Below, in pieces: positions 10,960 to 25,134 of a stretch of 64,000 nt of DNA. Both the position numbers and the translations under genes were made by a program. The notes under the pieces were generated by a model. The model was not told the origin of the DNA and did no database searches. It was given only the letters and a program-made list of their open reading frames with translations. Source of the DNA: Octopus sinensis (Eukaryota); contig NC_043005.1 in the NCBI RefSeq assembly GCF_006345805.1, positions 62,001 to 126,000 of the forward strand, read 5' to 3'. Every line of letters begins with the position of its first letter. Positions within the stretch are counted from its first letter, which is position 1.

Positions 10960-12214
10960 TACTTTCTGGTGTTGATGTTGTCAGCAAAACCAAACATCTT
11001 CAGGTATTCAACGATCTAAGAATGAGGTGTCATATCATATGCCTTCTTAAAGTCAATCCAAGCCACAGACATTTTTGTATGATGTTTCTTACAATGCCTC
11101 AAAACTGTTTTATCGATGACCAGGTGATCTTTGGTACCCTGAGAACTCTTCCTACATCCTTTTTGTACACTTTGTAGTATTTCTTCTTGTGCTAGGAAAG
11201 TGTATGTAGTTTCTCAAAATATTACCCTTTCTTCTATCTTTCATTACAAGTTTTGTCCTCCCAGTCACCATCCACGCGGGGACTGTACCTTTCTGGTCAC
11301 ACTCATTCAATTGGGCTGCTAGTCTTTCATGCGCTGAGTGGCATCTCTTCAGCCAGAAGCCACGAATCCCATCTGGTCCGGGGACTTTCAAGTTAGGCAC
11401 TTTAACCACTTGTTCTTTCACATCACCCGTGCTTATGAAAATATTCCTTTATTTCTTACCTCCTTGTAATTTTGTCTTGATAGTCTCTATCCACATCGCA
11501 TCCCTTTTATGCACCACCTTGTTTCCCTATAATCCACTCAAGAACTCCTGGCTTGATTTACATCAGGAGCAACATTTTCCCCATTGTCTCTTTGTAACGG
11601 GCGGAAGAATTGCTTCGAGTTATTTTTGAACAATCAGTTCTCCTCGAACTGCTTATTTCTGTTCACAAATCTTCTGATCTTCTGGCTTTTTGCTATGATC
11701 CTCTGTTTTAACTGCTCTATTACTGTATCAAACCCGCTCTTCCGTATTTTATACTTCTTCCCTAATTTTTCTGTCGGTCTTTTTCCCATTTTTCCAGTTT
11801 CCTCTTAACTATTGCTCAGTTTTTCCTAGATCTTGCCTTACCCGTATTATGTCCCGTTTCGATGCGTTCTTTCCACCATGTTCTTTTGCTCCACCATTTT
11901 TGTTCCCTTAAGTTGTAATTTCTCCTCAACAAGTAGCGCAATAGCTCGGAGATTCCTTGTTTGTGTTATGTCCTCCGACTGGATGTATGGTATAACAGTA
12001 TTTATCTTTCGTGTTACTTTATTTATCATACTCCTATCTTTATCATATTCATGGGTATTTTTTTTCTGAAGTCGGTGAGTCGTCTTTGAATTTCAAGCAA
12101 TTCATTATCTAGTTGGTTCATTTCCCCGGCATGTCCACCCACCACAGTATCAGGGTTATCCCCCTCCTCCTCCTCCTCCTCATCATCATCATCATCATCA
12201 CCATCCATCATCAT
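10960..12214 (-). mobile_element. R4/NeSL-type non-LTR element, N-terminal half to RT domain 3 (degenerate)
   Basis: KVPGPDGIRGFWLK, PAWMVTGRTKLVMKD, VAWIDFKKAYD motifs. Confidence 0.8.
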
Positions 12215-13960
12215 TTTTATTATTTACTTTTAATCTGCATGTTGCAATCACTCGCCGAGACACACCTAACATCCTAGGGCGAGAGAAGGATAAGAGATGT
12301 TATAGCATGACTGAAAGCTTGGGGAGCGCAAGTGACAGGGGCAATAGCAAAATATCTTCATGTAATACAATGGAAACATTTAAATTGATAGGGATTTTCT
12401 AAGGATGTAGTGAGTACTTGTCAGCACAATCTGTTGGATTTGTCTTAGACATTGTTCTCCTGGGATATTATGTAGATGTTTCTAACATCCCTTTCTTATC
12501 ATACCAAGGGCACCCACAATAACAGGAATAGTTCTCGTTTTAAGATGCCACATCTTTTGTATTTCAATTTCCAGGTCCTCATATTTACATAATTTGTCAA
12601 TCTTTTCATCAGTAGGAACACTTACATCCATTGATCTACAAGTATTGCTTCGTCTTTAATGACTATGTCTGGTCGATTAGCCTGCATCCTTCTGTTGGTA
12701 TTGACTGGAAAATTCCAGAGGACAGTGCCATTTTTACCTTCAACGACTGGCTCAGGATGATGTCCATACCAGTAAGCAAGAGTGCTGATTTTGTATTGTC
12801 CGCATATTTTCCAAAGTAAATACTGTCCTACCTTATAGTAACTTTGTATTCATTTGGTGTCAACACAGGACATCCCGTGACAAGATGGTCTATTGTTTCA
12901 TCAAATTTGTCGCAGAATCTGCATTTAGGGTCAGAACCGTTTTGAAGAACATTAGCCAGGTAGGTTTTGATAAGCAAGCTTTAATCTTGTGCCACCACTA
13001 TAAAGCCATCAGTCTCTGCTTTCAGTCCTGAGCTTCTCAACCACTGATGGGTTGTTGCTTGGACTACATCAGCATTTCGGCTTCGGAGTATATACTGTCC
13101 ATGCAGAGGTTTCTGGCTCCATCGCACCTCAATTTTTTTCTGCCCGTTTTTGTTGCAGTCTTTTTGATCCGTTTTGCTTTTTTCGTGGCGGTGGTTTCAG
13201 GTTCTTCATCTAACTCAGGGTTAATGTCAAGTTCTTTTGCGAATTTTAAAGTTTCCTTGACAATAGAATGTGTTTTTCGCTGCTTTCATGTTTGCATACA
13301 AACCGCACCATCCAGTCTTCTGTACTAGATAAGTACATGTTCATTGCTATTGTGGTGCTTCTACTTGCAACATTCCTCTTCCTCCAGACTTCTAGGTAGG
13401 TACAGACGATCAAAGCCTGCTTTTGGGTGGTGCATGATTTCATGTTAGTAGTTTTCTTATCTTCTTGTCCAAGCATTGGAGCTTTGTAATATTCCAGTTA
13501 ACTTTATTGGACTACTGGAAGTGTCAGGGAGTTAATGGCATCGATGCAATATTTGGAGTTGACTTCAGTTTTTAGTATGCGTCTTATTCTTCTGTAATAC
13601 TCCTTTAGTATTTTTTCTTTCATTGTAGCATGTTGTATTCGTTTCCTTCGTTTATCCTGTGATCTTTATAGTTTCCTTATGGGTCAAGATCCTTGATGGC
13701 AGTGTCAGTATCTAATTTAATGGAAACTGTTTGCTTGAGCTTTCCTTTCACAAAAGTTATCAAGGCCCAAATCCCTCACAGTGTCACTGCTGGACTCTTT
13801 AACAGTAGTTAACAGCCCAACTAGCTCTTTGTCATTTCTAGCAAAAGGCTTCAGGTCGTCCATATAAAACAGATGGCTTACTATAATATTATACAGTAGC
13901 AGAGATACCCAGCATTGTTCGGGATTAAAATGGAATAGTTTGTATACATAATGCAGTTAT
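12215..13960 (-). mobile_element. R4/NeSL-type non-LTR element, C-terminal half (RT + CCHC + RLE endonuclease + 3' UTR)
   Basis: SHLFYMDDL at about 13855-13880, CRFCDKFDETIDHLVTGCP, NRPDIVIKD, TIPVIVGALG motifs. Confidence 0.8.
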
Positions 13961-14079
13961 GTTGAAACAGGTGATACGGGGAAAGTGCAACAGTGGCAAC
14001 AAGATATTTGTGGAGTAAATGATGGTCTGATTCCACTAAGCGACATGTCATGCATCCGTTTGGAGTATCCGAGGCCCTA

Positions 14080-15110
14080 ACCTGTCATGGAAAATTGGGG
14101 GTGGGGGTATGTGATTCTTGAATGCGTCGCAAAACTGTTAGTGGATATACTCTCCTTTGCGGCGGTCGGCGCTGCATCTAACACGACCCATCGTCTGAAG
14201 TTTTGATACCTCCTTCGGGTTTGTTGTATTACATCACTCATAAAGTAAAATTTAGAGGAGGTATAGTTGTTCATTTGTAAGAAACAAGAAAGCAATGAGA
14301 TGATAGACTTGCCCTTGAACTTCGAACGTCGTCGTAAATCCATGTTCAACTCTCTCCTAAGATGAACCAAACGATGTCATTTGGAATGCAGAGTTGTATT
14401 GCCTGATATTATTCAGAAAATCCTTTGACTGGATGGAAGTACTTTCCAGAAGATCCATAAGAGGTTGAAGGGGAGCTGGTAGTGCTGGTAATCTTACCTT
14501 ACCGCCTGAGCAGCACATGCCATTTGTTTCATTTGGAAATTTTGAAGCTTTGCAGAGATAACAATTTGAGTTTAGCACACCAATTTGGACAAAATGATCA
14601 TTTTTGTAAGAATGGGATGGATTATATCTAAAAGCAGCTTCAGGAGTTGTGAAGAACAAATTTGTACGTAGTCTGTTTCTGAGAGCCGTTCTATTGGACT
14701 TCTGTCTAATCATTAAGACATTGTTTTAATGATTCAGCATTAAGTCCTGCAGCGTTCTTTTGCTGATCTTGGCAAAGTCTCATCTCACCTCTGTCTTGAG
14801 ACTCCATTTGATGTGCTACAGCATGCATTTGCTGATGTTGGGAATGTCTCATCTCTCTTCTCCATTGCCACTCCATTCGACATGCTGTGAGATTCCATTT
14901 TATGTTCTGCAGCATGCCTTTGCTGATCTTGAGAAAGTCTCATCTCCTTTCTGTCTTGAGACTCAGTTTTCTACAATCCTCTTAGCTTTATACTTATTTG
15001 TGCCTTTTCTTTGGCGACATATCTTTTTCAACATTGTAAACAAAAAATTATGAATAGAAAAAATTATACTTTAATCTTTAAGCAGTTGTAGTATGTAGTA
15101 TGTCTTTATT
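14080..15110 (-). mobile_element. Helitron RepHel N-terminal fragment
   Basis: CYLCKASKFPNETNGMCCSGGKVRLP...FLNNIRQYNSAFQMTSFG and GQVYH motifs. Three ~72-bp N-terminal repeats at 14757-14960. Confidence 0.85.
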
Positions 15111-15231
15111 TTTGCATGCAGTATAAATTAACCAAATACAAGGAAATTAAAGAAATAGAAGCAATTGTATGAACTGCAAATTTAACGGTGAATACCACAA
15201 TAATTATTATAGATAAATTTCTTAATTTATA

Positions 15232-16494
15232 TTGGATTGGCAACTAAGTTCTCACAGTTTTTTTTAAATTTTGGAATTTATTGCGTTTTTAAATTTTGGA
15301 ATCTATTTTTTTGAGAATTCTATTTTTGAATCTTTTTGGAAACTATTAATTTTTGTTTATTTTCAGATCATTTAAATGGAATGCCAAGTTAAGAAAAACG
15401 AGCATTTTCGACACCTTTTTGCTTTTAATCAAAGTTCTAAGGCCACAAAAGCTGCTCGCAACATTTAAGCTGTGTATGGAGAGGGTGCCATAGCTGAAAG
15501 AACCGCTCGTGATTAGTATGCCAAGTACAAAATTGGTAATTTTAACTTCAAAGACGCACCTCGTTCTGGCCGTCCAGTTGAGTTCGATGAAGATCGATTA
15601 AACCAACTTTTGCACGAAAATTCTCGTCAAACGACAAGGGAACTGGCAGAGAAAATGGAATGCTCCCACACTGCTATAAAGAAGCATCTTCATTCGATGA
15701 GAAAGGTTCAGAAGTATGGAGCATGGTATCCGCATGCTTTAAGTGACAACAACAAAAGTCAAGGGGCCACACTCTCCGCTGGTTTGCTTGCTCGTCACCG
15801 CTCAACTCATGGACACAAGCAACGATTTCTTTATTGAATCGTTACTGGCGACGAAAAATGTTGCCTGTACATCAATATGAAGCAGCATAAGGAATGGCTT
15901 AGCTTCAGTAAACAAGCGACACCGTGCGTAAAACAAGATCTTCATCCATGTAATACGATGTTGTGCGTATGGTGGGACTGGGAAGGGATTATCCATTACG
16001 AATGGCTTGAACGGAACCAAACGGTCAACGTGGAACTCTATGTTCAACAGATGGAACGACTCAACATGGCTATTCAAGAGAAAAGACCTAATCAACAGCA
16101 TGGAGTTCTTCTGTTGTATGACAACGCATGCACTCATATCGCCAATATGACCAAGAAAACCATTCAAACGCATGGCTGGGAAGTGCTGCCACACCTGCCG
16201 TACTCTTCTGATTTGACACCAACGAATTTCCATTTCTTTCGACCTCCATCAAATGCTATACGCGGAGTTTCGTTCAATACTGATGCGGAATTGAGAGCTT
16301 GGTTGGATTAATTTTTCGAGTCGAAATCGGGTGATTTCTACCAACGAGGTATTGAAAATCTTGTTGAACGTTGGGAAGAAGTTGTAAACAACAAGGGTGA
16401 ATACATTGTTGATTAATTAGTTGTTATTTTTTATTAAAACTTTTTAAAAATCTAAATTTTTAAAAAAACGGTGGTAACTTAGTTACCAACCCAA
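15232..16494 (+). mobile_element. Full-length degenerate mariner (DD34D) with TA-flanked TIRs
   Basis: TIRs ttggattggcaactaagtt and aacttagttaccaacccaa. Transposase 15376-16416 with WYPHAL, VTGDEK, MLCVWWD, YDNA, YSSDLTP, broken by stops and frameshifts. Confidence 0.92.
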
Positions 16495-16724
16495 TATATA
16501 TTTAGCACTGTTCACGTTAAGTTATCAAATATTCATTTATTTCATATATAACAGAAATAAGATGGACTTAGTGTTATCGCATTAGAATTAAATGTGAAAG
16601 AATAGAAGTGAAACAATATTATATCACATCACAATATAGATCTCATTCTTTCACTTTTGACACGGAATACAAAACCAGTGCCAATGTTATATTGTTCTAA
16701 TCCAAATGAAAAAAAAATTACATG

Positions 16725-16960
16725 TTGACACTCAAGTATCCTAAATGTTGGAATCAGCACCGGTAGGGCAAATGCATTGTGGGATATTGTCTTGTAAGAG
16801 GAGAGAGTTCGGACTAATATTTTTCTTAGTCTGGTGTAATAGTCTAGGGTCACTCTATCTTTATTCACAGTACCTTGGTAGATATATGTTCATCATTGCC
16901 AAGGTACTTGTAGCATTCTTTGTATGTTACAGGTGAGATAGTGAAACCATTGATGAACAG
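16725..16960 (-). mobile_element. RLE-type LINE fragment (post-RT thumb)
   Basis: ECYKYLG...NKDRVTLDYYTRLRKIL...HNAFALPVLIPTF. Confidence 0.6.
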
Positions 16961-17179
16961 GTTTTGTGTCTGGGAGACTGATTTTCCGCTTTTAAAAATT
17001 AGATTGTTTATATAATTAATAATTTATCTTAACAAAAATTTACTACAAACACACACACACATGCATATGTTTATAATTATATCATTAAAATGCTTATTTA
17101 ATAATATTTTACATACACACATATGTACTAAAGAAAGACGGATATGTATGTAGTTAAATATCATGACTGATAAGCAGCA

Positions 17180-17330
17180 GATACTAAACAGACAGACGGA
17201 GGGACAGACAGACAGGCAAGCAGACAGAGACAGACAGGCGGGCACAGAGGAGAGACAGACAGACAGACAGACCGACCCCGACAGACAGACAGACAGACAG
17301 ACAGACAGAAAGATAGATAGATAGATAGAT

Positions 17331-17362
<32 letters not shown>

Positions 17363-17363
17363 T

Positions 17364-17445
<82 letters not shown>

Positions 17446-17892
17446 CAAACATAAACAGTAAATATGCAAGTAGATAGTTATGAAAAGCGGGAAAATATTC
17501 CATTTAATTCCTATATGCAATCTTATCGAAAAACGTCCATACCTGGTAGAAGAGTGTGGATGAAACAAATAAATCTTGATTCTTGTATGTTCCAGAAAAA
17601 AAATTCTTAGCCTACGATGTCGATTGGATGTTTCTTTTAGAAGTTATGAATTGCTGAAATAGATAAGAAAAAATTAAGTATGAGGAAAATTATATACATA
17701 CATACATACATACATACATACATACATACATAATACATACATACATATACCATAACTACATACATACATACATACATACATACATACATAATACATAATG
17801 CATACATACATACATATATATGGTGTGTATTATATATATATATATAAAATTATATAATAAAATACATATATTATATATATATTATGTAGTAT

Positions 17893-17930
<38 letters not shown>
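17180..17930. repeat. Microsatellite cluster (CAGA)n, (TAGA)n, (ATAC)n, (TA)n
   Basis: Direct inspection. Confidence 0.9.
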
Positions 17931-17932
<2 letters not shown>

Positions 17933-18010
17933 TCCTCTATTTACATAACATCGAGGTCTCATTCCTCTTTTGTTATTCAATTATTATTATTAGTAATAAT
18001 AATAAAAAAA

Positions 18011-18050
<40 letters not shown>

Positions 18051-18072
18051 TAATAATAATAATAATAATAAT

Positions 18073-21000
18073 ATAATAAAGATAGAAAACCGAAGACGAA
18101 CGTAACATTCCAATAAAAAACTATGTAAACAAAAAACAACAAACCCAGACCGTAAGGATGCATAATAATGCACGACAAGCAGCAAGCCAAAATACGACAG
18201 GCAGACGTACGAACGAGAAATAAAGCGACACAAATCTAAAACTGGAAACAACGAAGGGGAGCCTAAAGATATGATACTATAAAAAGTAGAATAATCAAAG
18301 AACTGAAAAACTCAGATCTCAAAATGGACCACCGACCATACTCCCAAAATCAAAATAGACAAAAATCAACATCAATTATAACTAGCATAAACCTAGCCGT
18401 CACAGAACTAATAGCCACTAAAACAAATAGCGATATCACTGAGCTAAATGACATATATGCAGCAGCCACTGCAGCCACAATAGAAGCTGGATACTCCCTC
18501 AAACCCATCCAAACAGGAGTACCACCAAACAAACCGTGTAGATAAATAACATCTCCAAAAATACAAAAAATGAGAAAAGATCTGTCGATTCTTAATGAAA
18601 TCAGTAGACAATCAACGCTACTAAGAAACAAAAAAAGAAAACAAAAGTACTGTGCAAATACAACATCACAGAAAAATATTTACCTGAGAAAAAGAAAAGC
18701 TAAAGCAAGATATCCTTGCCAAAGCACAAAGGATCCGCCGGTATGAGAAACGCCAACGTTTCTTTGAACAAAACAAACAGTTCAACTCCAACCCCAAAAA
18801 GTTCTACCAAAAACTTGGCAAAAAATCAAATGAACATCACTGTAGCACCAACGGCAGGAGAAGTGGAAGAATTCTGGAGAGAAATATAGTCGGCGAAAGA
18901 ACAACCAAAAAAAAGGAGTATCAAAATAACAAACTCGGCATCTGAACAACTTTGGACCCCCCATAACTGAAGAGGTCACCCAGGCACTGCAAAGACTAAG
19001 CAACTGGAAGGCACCTGGGCATGACAAGATCCCCAACTTCTGGTTGAAATATCTAACAGGAATGCACAAAAAGCTGGCTGAAAACTTTAACAACATACTA
19101 GCAGAGCCAGAGACAATGCCTGAATGGCTCACGAAGGGGAAAACCATCTTAATTCCCAAATCAAATGAAACAGCAAAACAGAAAACTACAGACCAATAAC
19201 CTTCTCCCTACAATGTTCAAGGCATTTACTGCAGTGATATCGCAAAGGTGACAAGCACCTGGACGAAAACAACCTGTTTCCAGAAGAGCAGAAAGGATCC
19301 CGCAAAGGCTCATATGGCTGTAAAGATCAACTAATGATAATAAAGCAATAACTGAAGACAGCCACAGAAAGAAGAAAGGCCTCAGTATGGCCTGGGTTGA
19401 CTACAGAAAGGCGTTTCATAGCATCCCCCACACATGGATCCTCGAACACTAGCCATTAACAAAGTAGCACCAACAATCATAAAATCATAGAGCACTCTAT
19501 GAATAAATGGCAAACAGTGCTACACCTCCAAACAAAAGAGGGACTCATGAAAACCAAAGACATCCCCGTTAGAAGAGGAATATTCAGGGAGACACGCTCT
19601 CTCCACTCCTTTTCTGCTTGGCACTGTCACCTCTATCTGATATGTAGATAGAACTGGATGCAGATATAAATGTTACGGCAAAACGATCAGCCACCTTTAT
19701 ATATGGATGACCTAAAACTGTACGCTGCAAATGACAAACAGCTAGAAACACAATTAAAGACAGTTCATGGAATCACCAAAGAAATAGATATGAAATTTGG
19801 AATAGAAAAATGCGCCAAATTAACCTGGAGAGAGGAAAACTAGTTAAGAGTAGCAACATCACGCTAGATAAATCCAATGAAATAAGAGAATTAGACCAAA
19901 GCCAAACTTACAAATATTTAGGAATCCATGAACTAGATAAGACCACACACACATAAATGAAAGAGAAAATAAATAAAGAATACTATAGACGAGTTAGATC
20001 AATAGTAAAAACAGAGCTCAATGCTAAAAACAAGATAATAGGTATTAACACTTTAGCTTCCCCAGTTATAAGTTACAGCTACAATATCCTTAACTGGACA
20101 CTAATGAACTAAGCAAATAGATAGGAAAACAAGAAAAATAATGACAGGATCTAGGATGCACCGCCCAAAATCTGACATAGAAAGGCTATATATACAACGT
20201 ATAGAAGGTGGTAGAGGCCTTATAAAGCTGGAAAACTATTATAAAATAACCACCATCGGACTGAAAAAATACCTACTTCAGAAGCAAGGAAAACTGATCC
20301 AGATAGCAGCAAAACACGAGCAAAACAAAAAACTGTTCTCAGTATTTAAGGAAGCTGACAAATACAAACAAGAAATCATACCACCTACTAAATATGAAGA
20401 AGAAGAAGATGAAGAAACAACAAAAGCTATAAAACAAATGAAATCCAAACTAAAACTAGAATAGCAACGGACCATGATAAAACGATGGCAAGAAAAACTA
20501 AATGCAAATGAAATAGATAAAGAAAAGTCCCAGCAATGGTTGAGAAGCTCAGGACTCAAAGCAGAGACGGAAGGATTTTTAATTGCAGCACAAGACCAAA
20601 GCCTCCCCACCAGAAATTACCAAAAACATGTAATGAAAAGAAATATAACAAGTAACTGCAGAATATGTGGAGATGGACAAGAAACAATAAATCATATTAT
20701 CTCTGGCTACCCAGTCCTTGCTAGGAAGGAATATATTCACAGACACGACAGAGTTGGGACCTAATACACTGGAAGCTATGCCAACACTATGGAATAACAA
20801 CAGAAAAAAGATGGTGTAGGCACCACACCAGAAAAAGTTACAGAAAACGAAAAAAACAATACTCTGGGATATGCCAATACACACAGATAAAGAAATTAAG
20901 GCCAACAGACCAGATATAGTTGTCAGAGATCATGAAGAAAAAATGCTTTCTAATTGATGTATCAATACCGGCAGATGACGACGTGTCTCTAAAAGAAATG

Positions 21001-21313
21001 GAGAAACATTCTAATTACAAAGACCCAGAAATAGAGGTAACATGAATGTAGATCTAAAAACAGAAACAATTCCTCTCATAGTAGGCGAATTAGGCATGAT
21101 TAAAAAGTATTCATACAAATACATAACAAAAACCAGGACTAGCAAATATATATAACATACAGAAAATTGCACTACTGGGCACTGCACACGTCCTACGCAA
21201 AACACTTTCAATACAATGAGAATAAGAGCACCACAGCAAACCACAGCACATACCCAAGGCACACAGAGCTGCGCTCGGTAGTGAAGTGAAAGCAAGCTGT
21301 AAAAATAAAACTA

Positions 21314-21317
<4 letters not shown>
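18073..21317 (+). mobile_element. Near full-length R4/Dong-like non-LTR retrotransposon in (TAA)n
   Basis: NWKAPGHDKIPNFWLK, AWVDYRKAF, YMDDLKL (19700-19720), CRICGDGQETINHIISG, NRPDIVVRD, ETIPLIVGELG. (TAA)n at 17993-18072 and 21318-21397. ORF broken by stops and 1-nt indels. Confidence 0.9.
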
Positions 21318-21381
<64 letters not shown>

Positions 21382-21781
21382 TAATAATAATAATAATGAT
21401 AAATACAAAAATTACCAAATTTATGAAAGGAGATAAATTCTACCACATATCTTGAAGTAAATTTCGTAATAGCTTCTGGGTAAAAAGCAGCATTTTTTTT
21501 TTTCTGGTTTGGAGCAGAGATAAATAAGTTTTGCAAATTACCAACCCAGACGCATGTACATAGCCACCCAAACCCAACCCATAGAACACTCAAATACTCA
21601 CACGCACACACACATATATGCGCACACACACTATATACGCACACACACTATATACGCACACACACATATATACGCACTCACACAACACACAAATATGCAC
21701 ACACTTGCACTCACATACATATATACACACACACGTACATATATACATACAGACAGACATATATACATACGTGTGTATGCA

Positions 21782-22000
21782 CATGCACACTGACGCACGC
21801 ACATGCGCACAACCAACCAAAACAAAAGAACGCAGCTTCAATAAGGGACAGAGTCAACAACTATTGGGGGGGTTACAAGAGAAGCAGCGAAAATTTTAGA
21901 TGGAAAATAATAAATGAGTGGAAATGGAACCGGTGAGTGTGTCGATGAATGAGACACAAGACATTAAAGCAGAATTACTCTGCCCAGTTACAACACTACA
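21782..22000 (+). repeat. Unclassified dispersed repeat, copy A (carries a single near-complete copy of the satellite unit)
   Basis: aagaacgcagcttcaataagggacagagtcaa ... cccagttacaac matches the reverse complement of 25135-25325. Confidence 0.6.
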
Positions 22001-22011
22001 CACACACACAG

Positions 22012-22053
<42 letters not shown>

Positions 22054-22181
22054 GCACATATGTATGTATGTATGTATGTATATACACAAAGGGATTTGTA
22101 TGATTGTGTATAGAAGAATATATTACTCAAAGGAATTCCAACTCTGTTTTTCACGTTTTATTTATATTCTTATATAGGATA

Positions 22182-23480
22182 CTAGCAGAATTGCTCGGCG
22201 ATTCTCGGGGCTGAATTGCTTGAAAGTACTGTTAATGATTGCACTGAATTATGATGACTATTCAGGCAAATATTGATATAAGTTTACGGTGGGAGATAAG
22301 GACTTAACGATCAAACGTGTGCCATTGCATTTTTTTGGGGGAACCAAATTTCTAATGAGCATTATAGGGGCACCAACTTTAAGTTTAAGAATGTGTGGTG
22401 GTAGTCTGGGGGCTCAAAGGAATTGAGTACCTCTATAGGATAGTTGATGACATCCTCTGGGTCAGGAGTTGTATCGATAGACTTATATACATAGACATGC
22501 CCAGGAATGAATTTTAGCATTTCATCATTTATATGGTGAACAGTTTTATCCTCGGGGCCAGAATAGCCCTTTGGCCAATCCAATCCATATTATGATAATT
22601 AGCTTGTAGATCTGGGAACACTGTATCTCTGAGATCAGAAGGCGTTTTAACAATGGTACAAATGGAATCGATGGCAATATTACCATTTTCATCCCCTGGT
22701 ATTTTGCCTTCGCCAAGTGCAAGGAGGGTGTGAGAAAATGCTGCTGATGTGATATCATGTCGCATATGAGCATGCATATTGGTGTGAAGTTTGAGAGTCT
22801 TCACCAGTGGCCACAATGTGGATGACTTAAGACACGCACTTACTGCATCAACTCTAGTCCCTTTGGGAATAACGGGAAGTGTTTGTCGGAAGTCCCCTGA
22901 AAGAAGAAGTGTTATGCCTGACATGGGAGCTGAAGAGTGTTTGATGTCTCAGAGAGATCTATCTAGTGCCTCAAGAGCACGTCTGTGGGCCATCGTGCAT
23001 TCATCCCAAACGATAAGCTTGCATCGTCTGAAGACTTCTGCTTGATCGGCGCTGTTACTGATGTTGCAAGCTGGTGTCTCAGTCTTCGCTAAGTCAAGCG
23101 GGAACTTGAAAGTGGAATGAGCTGTCCTGCCGCCTGGCAACAAAGTAGCCGCAATTCCAGATGATGCCACAGCTAGGGCAATGCCTTGTGTTCGCCTAAT
23201 CTCAGCCAATATCAATTTGTTGACAAAAGTTTTCCCAGTGCCCCCAGGAGCGTCCAGGAAAAAAATCCCCCCAGCTTTGGGCCGGACTGAATTAACAACG
23301 GAGTTGTAAGCGAACTTTTTTTCTGGAAGGAGCTTTGGCTCATTGTCGGCTATGTACTCGGCAAGCTCGTCAACATTAAAACATGTCTCACGCAGCAAAT
23401 GTGAAGACAGAGTGTTTGTGCGTTCCCGGTTTGTTGAAGGTAGGCCATAGACCGGCAAGGCACTACCGCCCATATCAAGT
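22182..23480 (-). mobile_element. Helitron PIF1-type helicase fragment with intact 3' terminus
   Basis: FLDAPGGTGKT, VASSGIAATLLPGGRTAHSTFK, IVWDECTM, GDFRQTLPV, CNGTRL. Ends with hairpin + CTAG|T at 22182-22185. Confidence 0.9.
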
Positions 23481-24342
23481 ACAGTATTTTCGAACGTAGT
23501 TTGTTACCACACAGCCAAACCTGCCCCTATGTATGTGGTGTGTGTGTGTGTGTGGTGTGTGTGTTGTAATGTGAATGAAATGTGAAAAAATGTTAACCGT
23601 GGAAGGAAAAGAAAGAAATATTAGCAGCTGAAAAAGAAATTTTTATGCGAGTATAGCGACAGAGTGTGTAAAATGTATTGAAATTTGAGTTAAAAGCAAG
23701 AAAATAAAGTTAGATTTGCAAGAATGGAAGTAGTTTACGTACATGTTCGAAATGTGAAGTGTTTTAGTTGTTTAATCAAATATTTGCGTAAAGTGTATAG
23801 AAAGGTAAATTGAAAAAGAAAATGAATTGAAATTTTTAAGAAAGGAATTTTTTTTACATACATGTGTCAAATGGCAAATGTTTGTACAGTTGTCCGAAAT
23901 GGGACCAGGGTAAATGTGTGGAAACTGATGTATTATAATGAAAAGTCCTTCTTGTTCAAGGTACATTTGTGGTGTGTATTAAGTACTGTATATATAATGT
24001 GTTGCAGCTATAAACTTTACATGCCACGTGATTACAATAGTGAAACAGTAATAATAATAATAATAACATACCTTTTTAATTTATCCCCATTTATGTGAAA
24101 CCACTTATTCAAGTTCAAGTCATTGATGCAATTTCATACGAATTGCTAATACACACACACATAATAAGTTTGAAAAATTGAATATTAATTTGATTAATAT
24201 GAACTGAAAACCAGTGTTGTAGCATATAAGACCATAGGGAATCTTTTCTCTAGCAAAAAGGATGACCAGTCTGAATGGGTCATCCTGTCACACACACACA
24301 CACCGCACACACACACACACACACACACGCACGCACGCAAAC

Positions 24343-24377
<35 letters not shown>

Positions 24378-25134
24378 CACGTTAGCTTACAATTTTATTT
24401 CAACAATTGACACTGACATTTTGTATATATTTGCGTGTCAATGTGTGTAAAGAGGAAGTGGGAGTAATAGGCAGAGTAAATGCTTTGAAGTGAAAGAGTG
24501 AAATGTTAAAATATTGATTTTTCTCGAATTTTTTCTTAATTGGGGTGAAAGTAAAGAAATTTGTATGCCATGACCGAATGGAATTACTTGGAAAAATCAT
24601 AGGTGAAGTCTAATTGAAGAAATTGTGTGAGGAGTAAATCGTTATGTATATTTGTTTCTGTTTGCTGTGTATTTATTTTTGAGTTGTGGTTTAAGGTACA
24701 CTTGCAAAGAGAAAGTAGGAGAAATTTGGTGATAGCATGAGTGAAGCAGTTCATCCCAGTTATATGAAGACTTTCACTTTAATTGTTGCAGACTTGCAAA
24801 GAGAAAGTAGCAGAAAGTGTGGTGGTAATGGTAGGAGTGAAGCAGTTTAAATGAAAGAGGGAAATCTAAAAATATTGAGTTTTCTCGAATTTTTGCTTAA
24901 TTGGGGGTAAAATTTGAAAAACTGTACATGCCACGACCCGATGGATTCTACTCGTAAAAATGATAGGTAAATGCTAATTGAAGAAATTCTATATTGTAGA
25001 ATTGTATAAAAAACAAACGGTTTGGGAGGCAGATAAAATCTGCATTTTATAATAAGAGATAAAATAATATAGTAAAAATAAATGAAATGAAGTATTGTCT
25101 GTTCTTATTGAACCAATGAAATATTAAGTATTAA

